A DNA stretch of 64,000 bases from Octopus sinensis (Eukaryota). A program made the translations under genes and the position numbers. Every line of letters starts with the position of its first letter. Within the stretch, counting starts at the first letter, position 1. Below the pieces are notes generated by a model. It did not search any database and was not told where the DNA came from. It saw only the letters and a program-made list of their open reading frames with translations. The stretch lies in the NCBI RefSeq assembly GCF_006345805.1, contig NC_042999.1, positions 136,028,001-136,092,000 on the forward strand. Direction: 5' to 3'. Shown here in pieces: positions 13,142 through 28,050 of the stretch.

Positions 13142-13461
13142 CAGGTTATTTATTTATTTATGTGCACTTTTCAAGCCTAGCCAGGCTCATGGGCCTGGCT
13201 TCCTGGTTTCTATGGCATATGTGTTCCCCCCAGCTAGATGGGATGTCAGTCTATTGCAGCGTTACTCAAGAAACAGGAAGAAAGAGTGAGAGAAAGTTGG
13301 GGCGAAAGAGTACAACAGGGGTCGCCACCCCCCCTGCCAGAGCTTTGTGGAGCTTTTATGTGTTCTTGCTTAATAAACACACACAACACCCGGTCTGGGA
13401 ATCGAAACCGCGATCCTCCAACTGTGAGTTCGTTGCCTAACCACTGGGCCATTGTGCTTCC
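13142..13461 (-). mobile_element. tRNA-derived SINE, same head as 11012 but a different 3-prime module (MetaSINE-like)
   Basis: Head ggaagcacaatggcccagtggttagg...ggtttcgattcccagaccggg, body gctgcaatagactgacatcccatctag...gaaacc, (TAAA)n tail. Confidence 0.7.
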
Positions 13462-13599
13462 ACACAGTGTCAGGTGCTAATGTTAAATAAGGTGATTGGT
13501 TAAGTCTACCTACAAGTGACTGAGACTGCTGGCATTTTGCAGTGCTTGAGAAGACGTCAAACTAAGTGAAATCATGGTCATGGTTAGTGCTGGTGACAG

Positions 13600-13885
13600 G
13601 TAAAAAGCACCCTTGCCAGTGACACATAAAAGGCAGCCATGCCAGTGACACATAAAAGACACCTGTGCTGATGACATGCACAAGGCACCTGTACCAGTGG
13701 CACGTAAAAGACACCTAGTACTTTCTGTAGAGTGATTGGAATTAGGAGGGCCATCCAGCCATAGAAACCAAACCAAAACAGATGACTGAAGCCTGGTGCA
13801 GCTGTCCGGCTTACCAGCTCCAGTCAAACTATCTAACCCATGCCAACATGGAAAATGGACATTAAATAATGATGATGATGATGAT
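13600..13885 (+). mobile_element. RTE-related short retroposon
   Basis: Family 3-prime end with (GAT)n tail and an internal gccagtgacacataaaag repeat. Confidence 0.7.
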
Positions 13886-14289
13886 CAAACCTCTCATTAA
13901 TTTCACTTAATTTTTAAAGGGGAGGAAAGACAAATGACAAAATGATTTGAAACCAAAAATATTTATAAAAGATATATGTAATTACTATGACATCTAAGTC
14001 CCCCCACATATTTTGAATAAGGACTTAGTAACAAATGGGTACTGACTTCTAATATACATACACAGTTCAATATATGGAAGAGGTGAGAAAATTAAGAAAT
14101 CTGAAATTTTCTGAAGGCAATGATAATAGATATTATGATGGCCAGTATGTGGATTCCTATCGTATTTACCAGTTCTAGCCAGTTAGCCATGGCCATACTG
14201 GACAGTCTGATGTTCTAGTAACTCAGATGTGGCTATCTTGGCTTCACACTGAAAACTGCTTTCCTTCAAATTTTGAAAGACTTCTGCTT

Positions 14290-14610
14290 CTTTTTTAGAG
14301 ATTACCATGAAGAAGGAGAAAGAAGAGGGAAAATGAAGGAGGAGGAAGGAGAGAAAAAGGAGGAGGAAGGAGAGGAAAAGGAGGAGGAAGAGAAGGGGAA
14401 GAGGTCGAAGGAAGATGAAATGAGGAGGAAGGGAAGAGAAGGGTGGAAGAAGTAGAAAGAGGAGGAGGAAGAGGGAAGGTTAGAAGGAGGGTGGGAGAAA
14501 TAGGAGGACGGAGGAGGAAAGGAAAAGTTGAAGGAAGAGGGGGATAAGTAGGGAAGAGAAAAAGGGAAAAAAAAAAAGAAGAGGTAAAGGACGATGTGAA
14601 AGAAAACCAA
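14290..14610. repeat. Polypurine (GGA/GAA) low-complexity tract
   Basis: Almost pure A/G on plus for about 300 bp, starting about 140 nt into the intron after the 14746 donor. Confidence 0.9.
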
Positions 14611-14668
14611 ACAAAACAAGAACAGCAACAATAATCATAATTTGCAATAATTTTCCCCTAAATAATTA

Positions 14669-14977
<309 letters not shown>

Positions 14978-17189
14978 TTATATTTCAATATAATATATTC
15001 AAAATATTTGAATAGCATATAATTTTGAATGTCAAAATAGTTAACAATATTAGCAATTTAAGGCTTGGATATATATGTGAAATATTCTTTGCAGTAAATA
15101 AGTAAAAATCTGTTTTACTTATTTCTATGGCAAATTGCAGAGGGGGGAAAAAATGTCATGTCATTTTTTTTTTTGTTTCTGTTTTTTTTTTTTGTTTTGT
15201 TTCAGAAAATTCTCAATCTGAAACAAACAGATTTTTTTAAAGAGTAAATTGAAAAAAAAAATGCTATAGAATATAGCATGCTGAAGTGAATACAGTATCA
15301 GATAAAATTGTAATAAAAAGTGATTGTTCTTCTCATAATCTTAACATTAATTTTATTTTTTAGTTAAATCAAGAAAAAGTTTGAAAAGAAACCGAAGGAA
15401 ATTTTTAAAAATAATCAATACAGCAAGAAAAATAAGAAAAAAAAGGAAGAAATCCATGAAAGAATTGTCAAAACATATTTGAATTGAAACAGTATTGTGT
15501 GTTTTATTTATAAGAGAAGTGAAGAATAGAAAAAAAAAAGAAATAAAGAAAAAAACACTAGAATTATATGTAGTGGCTAGTTAGGCTTAGATTGTGATTG
15601 AAAAGGATGCTGTTGCTGTCAGTAAATGTTTTAAATAAGCTGTTTCAAAATGATAGCTTAAGAATGATTGTTTTGACGTGGTAGTTTATATAATTCAGTT
15701 TATTACATTTAATAATCTCAAAGAGACTTTTAAGTTGTGATAACCAAAAAACACTAAGAAAGTCAGCAGCCTAAATCCTACATCAGACAATACTCTCTTA
15801 AAGCTTGCACTGCTAAACCTGGCCATTTAAATAATGTCAATCTATTTTAGTATTGTGCCTAATCTTTAAGAACACAAAATTGTATTCTATACTTGATGGA
15901 AGCATTCTGATGCTATATCAGTTGTGAAGAACAGAGCTCCTTCAAATTCCCCAAACAAATGCGAAATCTCTATCAAAAATCTCCAATAAACAGACATTGG
16001 ATTAAAGAAATGAAACTAAATGACAACTGTAAATTGAGATTGGACTTGTAAGAGTCTAAAAGCTTATTTTTATATCTTTCTACTTATTCTCTACATGCAA
16101 GAATTCTAAAAATATACATATCTGTTTATTCTTTATAGCTATTGCCACATCATTGATTCACAAACGTTCAATGTTCCATGAGAAATTCCTCATAAAACAT
16201 GTGAAGCATTCTCCACAACTGTTCCATTTGATGATGGTGATTATGATAACACATTTGCTGGATGTCCTGTTTGTAAAACTATAAACACTTAACACAAGTT
16301 GTTTTTATGGCTTAGTTAGTGAAGGGCATGGGAGTGGTAACAACCATAACTTTTTCAGGGTCTCTGAGTTTAACAAGTCAGAGGGAAAGGGAGGAAGGAA
16401 CTTTGACTCAAGGGTTGCTGCAGTGCAGTAGCAAACAATGCTTCAAAATACTGAGTTACACTCAAACCAAAGACTTAGTCTGAATGTTTGTAACAAAGTG
16501 GATTTCACTGGAGTCATCTAAAGGCTAAGAGATGGTGTTAAACTGGACAATAGATGAAGTCTACCACCCAAGAACAGGATTGCTTTGCTGGACTTCTGCA
16601 TGATCTCTAACCTAATTTCACATATAAGTTTAGGTGACCTGATGCTATGACAGAAGACACTTACCCAAAGTACTGCTTGATTGGATTCAACCAACAACAT
16701 TACAGTTAATACAGACTCAAAAGAGAGAATAATAATTTCTTGATAAAATAGTTCTACTCAGAATACTATCATCTCCCTGTAACAACTAATACCTCTTCCT
16801 AAAGCGCTAAATACCTTTACCTGTAACACTCAGCATTGAGTCAATGATGGAGCTTTTATGTAGTCACTCAACTTGCAAGAAATAGTAGTTAAAAGCTCAC
16901 TGAAATCACTCCTTACAGTCTTGGAATCTCTAACAATGCCCACTTCTAGATGAATTGTGCCATCCTCCTTAATCTTCCTCCCCTACTCCACACACACTAA
17001 GCATCATCCACATGAAACTCGACTCCTTACATTGAAACATCACTGACTATGAAAAGTGACCTTGTAAACATCCCCCCACCTTGTCTTCAACAATACAAAT
17101 ACACAATCACTACACATATCAGATAAACATTAATGCACCATCCTCCAAACATACACAACTTGTAACTAGAATCCTCAAAGTTTCTGCAA

Positions 17190-17780
17190 ATGCTATATTT
17201 CACTGTCAGTAAGGATCTCACCTGGCAAATATATATCCTCAGCATAACAAAGACTGGCCTTCCACTTTATTGATTAAAAAAAAAAAATGTCACTCCCTAA
17301 CCACCACTTATCCTCTGAATAAATGAGTATTTCATATGTACGACTAACAATAGAGACCTACATCCACAATTGGGACAGTATTACTACTCACCCTCCCTTC
17401 ACACACACACACACACACACACACATTCTAGATTGTATTGAAAGAATGGTCACTTCACTGCTAAGCATTAAGTCAATCATTAACATACCTCTATTTCTGG
17501 TTCACAGATTCCTCTCTCTCTCACCTTTTATACTTAAATGACCTCTGCTTCTCAGAGCTAGCAAATCTCATGCCACCTATATTCATGAACTACTGACTAA
17601 CTCATCTCTCATTACCCATATTACCATCCCACCCATCCATACCATGCACAATCCATTAATCTCGTTTCTTCTTTTCCAGAATGTCAGATCTTTGGAATTC
17701 TCTTGTTCTCTCTTTCTCTGGACATGTTTTACCTGCAGCTGATGACTTGAAACTGTTTAAAATGAATGTTAACTGTATTG
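17190..17780 (+). mobile_element. Degenerate CR1/Jockey-like LINE 3-prime fragment
   Basis: Remnants TVSKDLTW and YIHNWDS...ILDCIER, similar to 29740 and 60615. Confidence 0.5.
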
Positions 17781-18031
17781 ATCTTAAAGGTTTCACAAGA
17801 TCAACCTCACACACCCACCAAAGAAAAAATATCAAAACAAAACAAAACTCATAAAGCTATACATACTGGCACTCTGTTGGTTATGATGATGCAGGTTCCA
17901 AACGATCTGATCAATGGAACAACCTGATTGTGAAATTAAGGTGCAAGTGGATGAGCATGCCACAAACATGCATACCATAGTTCTCAGGAAGATTCAGAAT
18001 GTGACAAGGCTGGCCCTTTGAAATACAAGAA

Positions 18032-18232
18032 CTCATTTACTTGTTTCAGTCATTTCACTGTGGCCATGCTGGAGCACCGCCTTTAGTCGAACAAATTGAC
18101 CCTAGGACTTATTCTTTGTAAGCCTAGTACTTATTCTATCATTCTCTTTTGCTGAACCACTAAGTTACGGGTACATAAACACACCAGCATCGGTTGTTAG
18201 GCGATGTTGGGGGGACAAACACAGACACACAA

Positions 18233-18290
<58 letters not shown>

Positions 18291-18847
18291 GATGGGCTTC
18301 TTTCAGTTTTTGTCTACCAAATCCACTCACAAGACTTTGGTCGGCCCAAGGCTATAATAGAAGACACTTGCCCAAGGTGCCACATAGTTGGACTGAACCC
18401 GGAATCATGTGGTTGGTAAGCAAGCTACTTACCACACAGCCACTCCTATGCCTATTTTTTCCAGCAGAGTTGACTGTTATTTTTTTATTCTTTTACTTGT
18501 TTCAGTAATTTGACTGTGGCCATGCTGGGGCACCGCCTTTAGTTGAGTATATCGACCCCAGGACTTATTCTTTGTAAGCCTAGTACTTATTCTATCAGTC
18601 TCTTTTGCTGAACTGCTAAGTTACGGGGAACATAAGCACACCAGCATCGGTTGTCAAGCGATGTTGGGGGTACAAACGCACACACATATATAATATATAT
18701 GATGGGCTTCTTTCAGTTTCCGTCTACCAAATCCACTCACAAGGCTTTGCTCAGCCTGAAACTATAGTAGTGCCATGCAGTGGGGCTGAACCCAGAACCA
18801 TGTGGTTGGTAAACAAGTTACTTACCACACAGCCACTCCTGCACCTA
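18032..18847 (-). mobile_element. Tandem pair of tRNA-headed SINEs (ccttgggcaagtgtcttct family)
   Basis: Two direct copies of about 400 bp (18032-18450, 18487-18847). Same family at 29285, 52608 and 56790. Confidence 0.85.
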
Positions 18848-18947
18848 TGTCATAAAACTATAGCAACTTGGAAAAACATATATAAAATGACAGCAATGGA
18901 GATGATCTTTATATCAAAATGAAATTGTGAACAAATTTAGAAGTTAC

Positions 18948-19084
18948 CCAACAGCATCTTCAACTGCTTGGCCAATGTTGTTGCCACCTTGTATGGGTGA
19001 ACCAAATGCAGTGAACCACTGAACTGGTTTATATTGGTCGCCACTCGATGCCAGTAAGTAAAAGAGTGTTGTTAAAAATATGGC
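18948..19084 (-). CDS. TMEM245: TMEM245 internal coding exon (AIFLTTLFYLLASSGDQYKPVQWFTAFGSPIQGGNNIGQAVEDAVG)
   Basis: 137 nt, acceptor ttctttattcag, donor GG|gtaact, in frame with both neighbours. Matches the IFLTTLFYLLSSS..YKPV.W...IGQ.VE.A motif. Not in the supplied ORF track. Confidence 0.93.
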
Positions 19085-19184
19085 CTGAATAAAGAAGAAT
19101 TGGAAGAAACATGTCAGAGTGTGAGTTATAAAAAGTCACTTTGTTAAAATAGCATTCATATAGAATTTATACCAGGGTCACTTA

Positions 19185-19365
19185 AAAAAAGCACTGAGTA
19201 TACTCTGTGGAGCAGTTGGCATTACGAAGGGCACCCAGTCATACAAACCATGCTAGAACAGGCAATGGAGCTTGGTGTGGCCCCTGGCCTTACCAGCTCT
19301 GGTCAAATTGTCCAACCCATGTTAGTATGGAAAATGGATGTTAAAGGATGATGATGATGATGATA
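19185..19365 (+). mobile_element. RTE-related short retroposon
   Basis: Family 3-prime end with (GAT)n tail, 100 bp from the 19085 acceptor. Confidence 0.65.
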
Positions 19366-21639
19366 AAACAAAATAAAATGTTGTTTTATGGGAGGTGGGT
19401 GAATTAACAGAAATGACAAAGTAATGGCTTTGTGATCATTTAGTTATGTTATTTTCATTTGGAGTGTGAACATCACTGAGGTCACCTTTTTTGTCTTTAC
19501 TCTGGACTTGATAAAATAATTACCAGTCGAGTACTCATCATCATTACCATCATTATTTAATGTCTGTAGGGTGGCAAGCTTGCAGAATTGTTAGCACACT
19601 AGGTAGAAATGCTTAGTAGCATTTGGCCTGTCTTTACATTCTGAGTGCAAATGCTGCTAAGACAGACTTTGCCTTTTATCATTTTGTAGTTGATAAAATA
19701 AATACCAGCTGAACACTGGGGTTGGAGTTATTGACTTAACACTTCTCTGGAAGTTGTTGACATTGTACCAAAATTTGAAACCATTATTTAATGTCAATTT
19801 CCCATGTTTGCATGAGCTGGCTGATTTGACAGGATCCAACAAGCTAGAGGGCTGCAGTGAGCTCCAGTGTCAGCAGTGGCATGGTTTCCATGGCTGAATG
19901 CTCTTACTAATGCTAACCACTTTACAGTGTGTGTTGGGTGCTTTTTTCATGATACTAGCATGAGCGAAGTCATCAAGTAACTTACAAGACAGGAAAAAAT
20001 AAAAAGGCAAAAGCTCTCTAGACTAAGTAGAGAGAGTGTTTTTGAGAGGGAGTTTTATGCCATGTGTAGAGTAGATGAAGAATGATAGAAGGCAAGCACA
20101 GATGTCTTGCTACAGTGGAGATACATGGCTACTGTGAGAGTAGCTGAGGAGAAGATAAAGACAATAGCAAGGAAGTGCCAGAGGGAGTTCTCAAGATATA
20201 GAAGGGGGAATATAAGAAAATATATACTATCTATAGTATGAATTTCTATCCAAATAAAACTAAAAATAGCAATTCATTGCTGTCAATGTCACCACTTTTA
20301 TTTCATGGTTACTTCATATGAACAATTTTTTGCTGGATTTAGTCAGATCTCAATCGAAACAATATTCAATATAGATATACTTCTGTAACAACCAACATTT
20401 AAGATATTATTACTACCATAAGAGATAATGTAACATTATTTTAGTGAAATCTTTATCTACATGATACACTTAATGTATGTGTATCATTAAAAAGATAGTG
20501 GCTGCAGTTATTGTCCAGGGAAAGATTCCTTTATAGATGTAGCAAGCTTGTATAACTGTTTGCTGGAGACCACTGTTACATTGTTGTTTATTGTAGGTCT
20601 TTCTTCACTGATTTACCATTTTTGCAGAGTTGAGTTGTGAGAAAGATTGATGTTGTATCTTTATTAATTGGATGTAAGATGGCTGGCTGCATTTATTACA
20701 ACAAAAGCAAACTTGCAAATGTTTAACAGATTCTATTAAGAGAATGCTATGCACAATGCATATATAAATTATCAAATCCTCACTGGTTACAAGAACAGTT
20801 ATGTTGGAATTGATTTAACTCTATCTGCCTGGCCATTTGCTATCTGGAAGGTGAAAGACAAAGGATTTGAGACTTTTTTTCCTTAGTTGATGTGTGAGTG
20901 TGAAGATCTGTCCTGTTTGAATGTCAACATCACTTTCTGACTAGCAAGAGGTGAGGTGTGTGAATCCATTAGCCACCCTCAACACTCTGCAATAACTTAG
21001 GTGCTAAACTGCTTAACTAGTGAAAAAGAGTGCAAATCACAAGAACGTTCAAGCTGTTCACAGTATAGCTTCAAGCTCATTGATAAATTTTTAGGTTGTC
21101 TCCATGAAACTTTCATGATACAATAGTGGCCTACTCATGATCATGAACTTATAACTTCACAGTTGGGGTTTAAATTTCTACACAGACATAGCATGTTAAA
21201 AACACAATACACATCAGAGATAGACAAAATGAAATTGTTCCATTAAATAATGATGATGATGATGCACTCAGACATTTCCTTTCTTAAATCTTACTGATTT
21301 ATCTATTTTACAGACATTCAAAATTTTAAAGATGTCTAATCTTTTTTTCATTTTACAAGAATTTAAATGATTATTTCCTCTCAATAACAGCATTGTTGCA
21401 TCATTTTCACCTCTTCTTTCTTTCATTCATTTGGTTGTATGTGTATGAGTAACAGGTGTTACATCTTAAAATTGTGGAGAAAAGCAAAATTTATTATTTA
21501 TTATTGTGGAAAATATTACATAATGTCATCAGAATATTATAGTTAATACGAAACACTGTGAAAGAGAATAATAATTTAAAAAAAATATATTATTGATGAT
21601 AAATTGTGAGCTCTCTGTATTAATTTGATTACATACAAA

Positions 21640-21687
<48 letters not shown>

Positions 21688-21724
21688 CACACACACATAC
21701 ACAAATGTATCTATCGCTCACTTG

Positions 21725-21781
<57 letters not shown>

Positions 21782-22186
21782 CATATATGAATATGTTTAT
21801 TATTATAAGTGCATATATCATCATCACCATCATGGCATGTATGGACAAATATCTGCATGTATGTCAGTGATGTATATATACATGAATATATGTGTGTATG
21901 CATATATGTATGCAATAATGTATAGATATATGTATGCACTTTCATTGCTATGTGTGTGCATGCATGAATATTTATGTGTATGTATTTATGTGGGTGCATA
22001 TGTTTACACGATTGTATATATGTGGATATATATATATATATATATATATTTATAAATCTCTGTAATAAATATATAATTATGTATGTACCTATATATGCAT
22101 CTAAGTTTGTTTGTGGAAGCATATGTATATATGAATGTATTGTGCATACATATTTTTTGGCATATATGTATTTGAATGTGTGTATA

Positions 22187-22260
<74 letters not shown>

Positions 22261-22798
22261 GCTACATATCTGTTTATGAATGTGTGTGAATATGAATTAT
22301 GTGTGCATTTATATAGTGATAAATATATCCTTGCAGATGAGTGGAGAATATGTTAATATGAATGTATGTGTATATTTTATGTGTATGTGTGTATATGAAT
22401 AGATGAGAGAGTAAGAGAAAGGGAATAAACGATAATAAAAGACATTGTAACTGCCAATATTTGATTCTCATGTACCTCATTTACAGATTCCAGCTACTTG
22501 GTTGTGGTCATGCTGTGGCAAGCAAACCCATCATAATTCTGATTTTCTACTTCAGATTGAGTTCACTTCACATTCAGATTTTCTGACCAAGTTGAGGTTA
22601 TTTGGATGTTTCTTTTTATTACATTTTGAAATATTTTTTGCCTTTTCTTTAGAAACAACCAGAAAAAGAATGGATGGTAGTGGTAGTGGTGCTGGGGAGG
22701 ATGTAGAAGAAGATGAGGGAAGAAGTGAAAGAAGGAAAGTGAGTGGGTAAACAAAAGAGGTAAGAGGTAGAAAAGGAAACAAAAGAAGTATTGCTTAC

Positions 22799-22921
22799 AG
22801 CTGAGATGATGAAATTCAATAGGGCAGTGCCTCCACCAAACAGTAATGATAAAACTGCAGTGACGAAAGAAAAGGCTAAATTGACGTTGCCTTTCAACAC
22901 CAGCCAAACTGATTCCAGCAC
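22799..22921 (-). CDS. TMEM245: TMEM245 internal coding exon (VLESVWLVLKGNVNLAFSFVTAVLSLLFGGGTALLNFIISA)
   Basis: 123 nt, phase 0/0, acceptor ctcttcttcag and donor GCT|gtaagc. The peptide matches my recollection of the TMEM245 segment [40 protein letters not shown]. Confidence 0.92.
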
Positions 22922-24898
22922 CTGAAGAAGAGAAAACAACAGTTTTATGAGAGTCTTATTGTCAAACAACATCATTATTATATTCTTGTAGATACACCAA
23001 TACATCAACACTTACTGAAAATCTCCAGTTCTGTTCAATAGTTGACATTCTGTAAAGCTCAAATAAAATTCACAATGGAATACTGCTTACATATATGGTT
23101 TAATGACGTGGCTGCTACATACACAAAGATCCTAGAATGCCTACATCTGATTCACAAAATCTCATCATTCATAAATCAAGTATCAATTTAGGGCAATGGA
23201 CTGGCAGAACTGTTAGAGCATTTGACAAGATACCTTGTGTAAACGAATGTATTCTGAGTTCATATCCTACTGTAACCTACTTTGATAATAGCCTTAATCT
23301 GTTAATGAGTATCTTTAGCAGAGTTCATTCTGTTACAAGAATTCAGGCCAAGTATCCAGTTTGATGATACCTTTGTCTCTCCTTTTCACTAATGTTGGAT
23401 GACTCTATAAAACATCATCGGCACTGCTCTTTCAAGCCAGATTAAGTGATGAAAAAAAAAAAACCAAAAGAAAGAACTAATACACTATAACCACTGGTTT
23501 ATAGATGTCACTATCTCTAAGAGTGCATCACAAAGGCTAGATTTCCCTATTTAGTCACACGCACTTCAGGCATGATTTGTTGCTGACCCATCACATAGCT
23601 TAAGTAGGACCTACAATCAAGTACTGCTCCTACATCTGAGATAGTGCTACTGTTATTACACACACATACGACTAGCTTAGAAAATATCCAATATCCAGAA
23701 GAACATCTGAGTGATCGACACTGATTCAAAAATTGACATACTCCAACCGCTGACCCATTGACGTGCTTTCTTTTCTGTTGCTACTACGAAAACCCCTGCC
23801 TCTGTTCTTCTAAACTAAATAGTTCCATGGTTCTCCCACTAGGCCCACACAATACACCCAATTTCCTTGTTCTCCTATTCTTTCTCCTCAAAGTCAGTTA
23901 GTCTTCTTGAAGTCTCACCCTGCCCATGTGTTTCCAACAAACATTAAGTTACAGACGTTCAAGCTGAACATGAGCCCCTGCTATTCTCATCACTCTCAAA
24001 GGGCCTGGGTTGGTCATTGTTGCTCCTTCTGAATAAGTTGTATAAAACAAACCAATAAATATTACACCTCATCTTCTACTTGGTATTAATGTCTATAGAG
24101 TTTTGATTGTATCTCACTAGAATTTACCACATCTTCACTCTCTCTAAATCTCTCTCTTATGTTTCTCTCTGTTCCTCTTACTCTCTCTGAGTTTTCTTTC
24201 TCTTTCATATACATTCAATCACATTAATAAAATGTTGTGCCAAGCCATAAATAACAACTGAAAACACTTATCACTGAAATATAAGGCTGAAGAAAAGAAT
24301 TTGTAGTTTTGTACAGCAACTGACAGAAGATTATCTTAAAACTTAACTTCTGCACACTACTATTATGCTATTATTGAAATGATTACGTCGCTCACACATA
24401 TACACCCACATGTGCACAAGCACACACACACAGCACTTCACATATAAGTGGAATGTAAAGTTGATTACAACAAACATATTGAATTGATTACAGTGCCACA
24501 ACCTAACATAGATTGAATTGATAACATACATATATGTAGAATAAGATTATATGTATGCATGTAATATATGCATGTATGTATATATGTATGTATCTGTCTA
24601 TCAATATGTATGTATTTGACATTATGGTGATTACATCATACATGTGTATGTGCTATTTTTTTTTATTAGAACATATGTAACATGCATACAGTGATCAACT
24701 GGCTTCAACACATAGCTAATATGTTAATACTGAACTGATTACAAGATATTGAAGGAAAATAGCAGATATCACTGATTTGGCTGGAAGATATCTAATAAAA
24801 ATACTTTCATACATAAATACACACATACACATGATGATATATATGTATGTATCAATGTATGTGTGTATATACATATATATACATATATATATACATAC

Positions 24899-24942
<44 letters not shown>

Positions 24943-25467
24943 ACATATATAAAATGGAGTTAATTAGAATAAATATATGATGAAGAAAAGAAAGCACAGG
25001 TGAAAATATATTGATCACATCTGTTTTGAACTATATATAACCCTGATCTCATAAACTGATATAAAGTTTATGATAGTTGTGAAAGAGAAGACTTCGATGA
25101 AGGAGATATCACAACTCAATCATCTTTACAAAAGTTAAAAATACAAATGTTAACTTTAGATTAGATTTTTAAATGCTGTTCGTTAAGGAAAAAGTTATAT
25201 TTACATTTTAAGGCATGTAAAAGTAGAATAATTGTGCATTGCTGTTGTTTTGAAGTTTTGTTTTTCTTGTATCAATAGAGACATACTCAACACTACATTA
25301 ATGATGACCAGTTTTCCTCATATTTGTCAAAAGGTAATAGGTTATCTTCCTAAAATTACATGTGGTACTTGGGACTGGACTCTTCATCATCATCGTTTAA
25401 CATCCACCTTTTCATGCTGACACGCGATGGATAGAATTTGTTGAGGCCTATTTCCAAAAGCTGGATG

Positions 25468-25790
25468 AAGGTGTATGGCTTAGTGTTTAGGATGTTCCGC
25501 TCGTGACCATAAGGTCATAAGTTTGATTCTCAGTGGTATGTTGTGTCCTTGAGCAAAATACTTTATTTTACATTGCTTCAGACTACTCAGCTGGCAAAAA
25601 TGAGTTGTACCTGTAATTCAGTAGGACCAGCTTTGTCGCATTCGTTGTTGTGCTGAATCTCCCTGAGAACTATGTTAAGGGTACACATGTTTGTGGAGTG
25701 CTTAGCTGCTTGCATGTTAATTACATGAGTAAGCTGTTCCATTGATTGAACCAACTGGAACACTCATTGTCATAACTGACAGAGAGCCAG
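25468..25790 (+). mobile_element. tRNA-headed SINE nested in an older retroposon
   Basis: Flanked by gctggatg and gcaggatg (probable TSD). The host element resumes after it. Confidence 0.7.
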
Positions 25791-25989
25791 GCAGGATGCT
25801 TTCCTGTTGCTCCTCACTTATTTCTATGTAAAGTAATATTCCCCATGACCAGGCATGGAAGACTGGAAATGAAAGACACCATTTGCATGATGATGGAAGT
25901 CATTTACAACTATCACATGAAGTCAAGACAAGGAGATAGTAACACACAAACATACTCATGCACAGCTATAGTGAAACAAACTTCTAGAT

Positions 25990-28050
25990 CAAGTTGTAGA
26001 TCAATTGATCTATGATAAAGTAGACCTAGATACGATGCAGTTTGGCTTTGTTCCTGGAAGAAGCACCACAGATTCAATCTTTCTAGTGAGACAACTACAG
26101 GAGAAATACCTGGCTAAAAATAAACTGCTATACTGGGCTTTCATTAATTTGGAGAAAGCATTTGACAGGCTACCATCATTAGTAATATGGTGGGAACTGA
26201 GGAAACTAGGGGTAGATGAATGCAGGTGGTTCAAGCTATGTACAAGGATGCACAAGTAAAGTGAAAATTGGCAATGACTTTAGTGATGAATTTAGCATGA
26301 AGGTAGGAATCCATCAAGGTTCAGGCCTCTGTCCTCTCATATTCCTCATGGTCCTGTAGGTGATCACAGAGGAGTTTAAGGATGATTGTCAATGAGAACT
26401 CCAATTTGGTGTTCTCATAGCTGAATCGATAGAGGAATTAGAGATGAAATTCTTGACATAGAAGCTAAACCTGGAATTGAGAGGCTTTAAGGTAAACCTA
26501 GCAAAGACAAAGGTTTTAATAAGTAGGAAAGAATACAGAATTCTAGTACCTTCTGGAAAATGGCTTTGCTTGATATGCAGAAAAGGAGTAGGCATAAATT
26601 CCATATACTGTACATTATATATGCTATAGACACACAAAAGATGTAGTGGACTCACTGGAAGACTATCTGAAAATATAGTCTTTGTATGCAGCAGATGTAC
26701 TGTAGCAATTCACATGAGCATACTAGAAACCAAGTCTCTCAAATGCTTATTCAGCTAACTAGAAGTAAGCAGATAGCTTTGTTACTGAGGAGATGTAATT
26801 ATCAAAGGAGGTGGTTGCTCTGAAAGTGAGAACTGGATGGAGAAAATTCATAGAACTACTATCTCTGCTAATAAGAAAGATCTTTTCCTTAAGAGTGAAG
26901 GGCAAACTATATGATGTTTGTATCAGAACTGCAATGCTGAATAGTAGTGAGACATAGGCTTTGGATGCAGAAGACCTGAGAAGACTGGAAAGAAATGAAG
27001 TGAGCATGCTCTGCTGGATGTGCAATGTGAGTGTGCTTGAAAGAATTAGTACACAGGTGCTAAGTGAAAAACTGGGTATTAGAAGAATTAGTTATTGTGT
27101 ACAAGAAAGAAGACTGCACTGGTGTGGAAACGTGATGTGTATGGATGAAGACAGCTGAAGAAAAAAGTGCTGATTGTTAAATGTGGCCGGAACTTGTGGA
27201 AAAGGGAGACTGTGGAAGACATGGGGTGAAGTGATTAAGGCTAACCTCAGGGCTCTGAACCTGATGGAGAAGATGACTGAACTGGGATCCGTGGTGATAT
27301 GAGGTCCTCAAAAAGATCTGCCTTTGTCAGTGAAACTGAGTTCTGAAAGTGTTATGCATTGCACTCTCCACCCGTGTTACAATGACTCATTCCCCACCTC
27401 CCGTGCACTAGGCCTGCTTCTTATTCCCCATCCTGAATCTTGCACACTACCAACCATGACATCCCTCTCTCTTGTTCACTCCACCCTGACAACTGTATTA
27501 TGTTTACTACTCTAGCTACTTACTCTCCTCCCTTTCTTCTGCATCCTTCTGCTTCCTGCAACTCATAGCTTCTTGCTCATCCACTCTCTTATCCTATCCT
27601 AGCAGTCTACCTTCCCTTCCTCTCATCCTCCTTCCCTTACAAAATCGTAAACCAATTCATCAACTTACCTTGTGCCTTGTGTGGAGGCCATCTAGATATG
27701 GCATCAACTTCATCTCCTGCAGTTCATATTGTTCATTTTCTTTTTACCTCTCCTTCCCTCAACTAAATGTGACTAGCCATGCAAATCCTTTATAAGAACA
27801 TGCACTGCCTCACCTAGGGTTTTTAGTTCTGTGAGATGTATGGCAACTTCAATAGTATAGGTGGCATAACAAAAGCACTTAGTCTATGCTGTAAAGTGAT
27901 TGGCATTAGGAAGGGCATCTAGCTGTAGAATTCATGTCAAAATAGACATTGGAGCATGATGCAGTCCTTGGATACATTGGATCCTGCCAAACCATCCAAC
28001 CCATGCCAGCAAGGAACATAGATGTTAAATGATGATGATGCTGATGGTGA
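25990..28050 (+). mobile_element. 5-prime-truncated RTE-clade LINE with a disrupted reverse transcriptase
   Basis: QFGFVPGRSTTDSIFLVRQLQEKYLAKNK...FINLEKAFDRLP, later LERNEVSMLCWMCNVS, many stops and frameshifts, pyrimidine-rich UTR and (GAT)n tail. Confidence 0.9.

Noticed and set aside
17739-17753. CTGATGA-CTT-GAAAC hammerhead-like boxes
   Set aside because: No room for stem II and no stems I or III. It lies in a LINE remnant.
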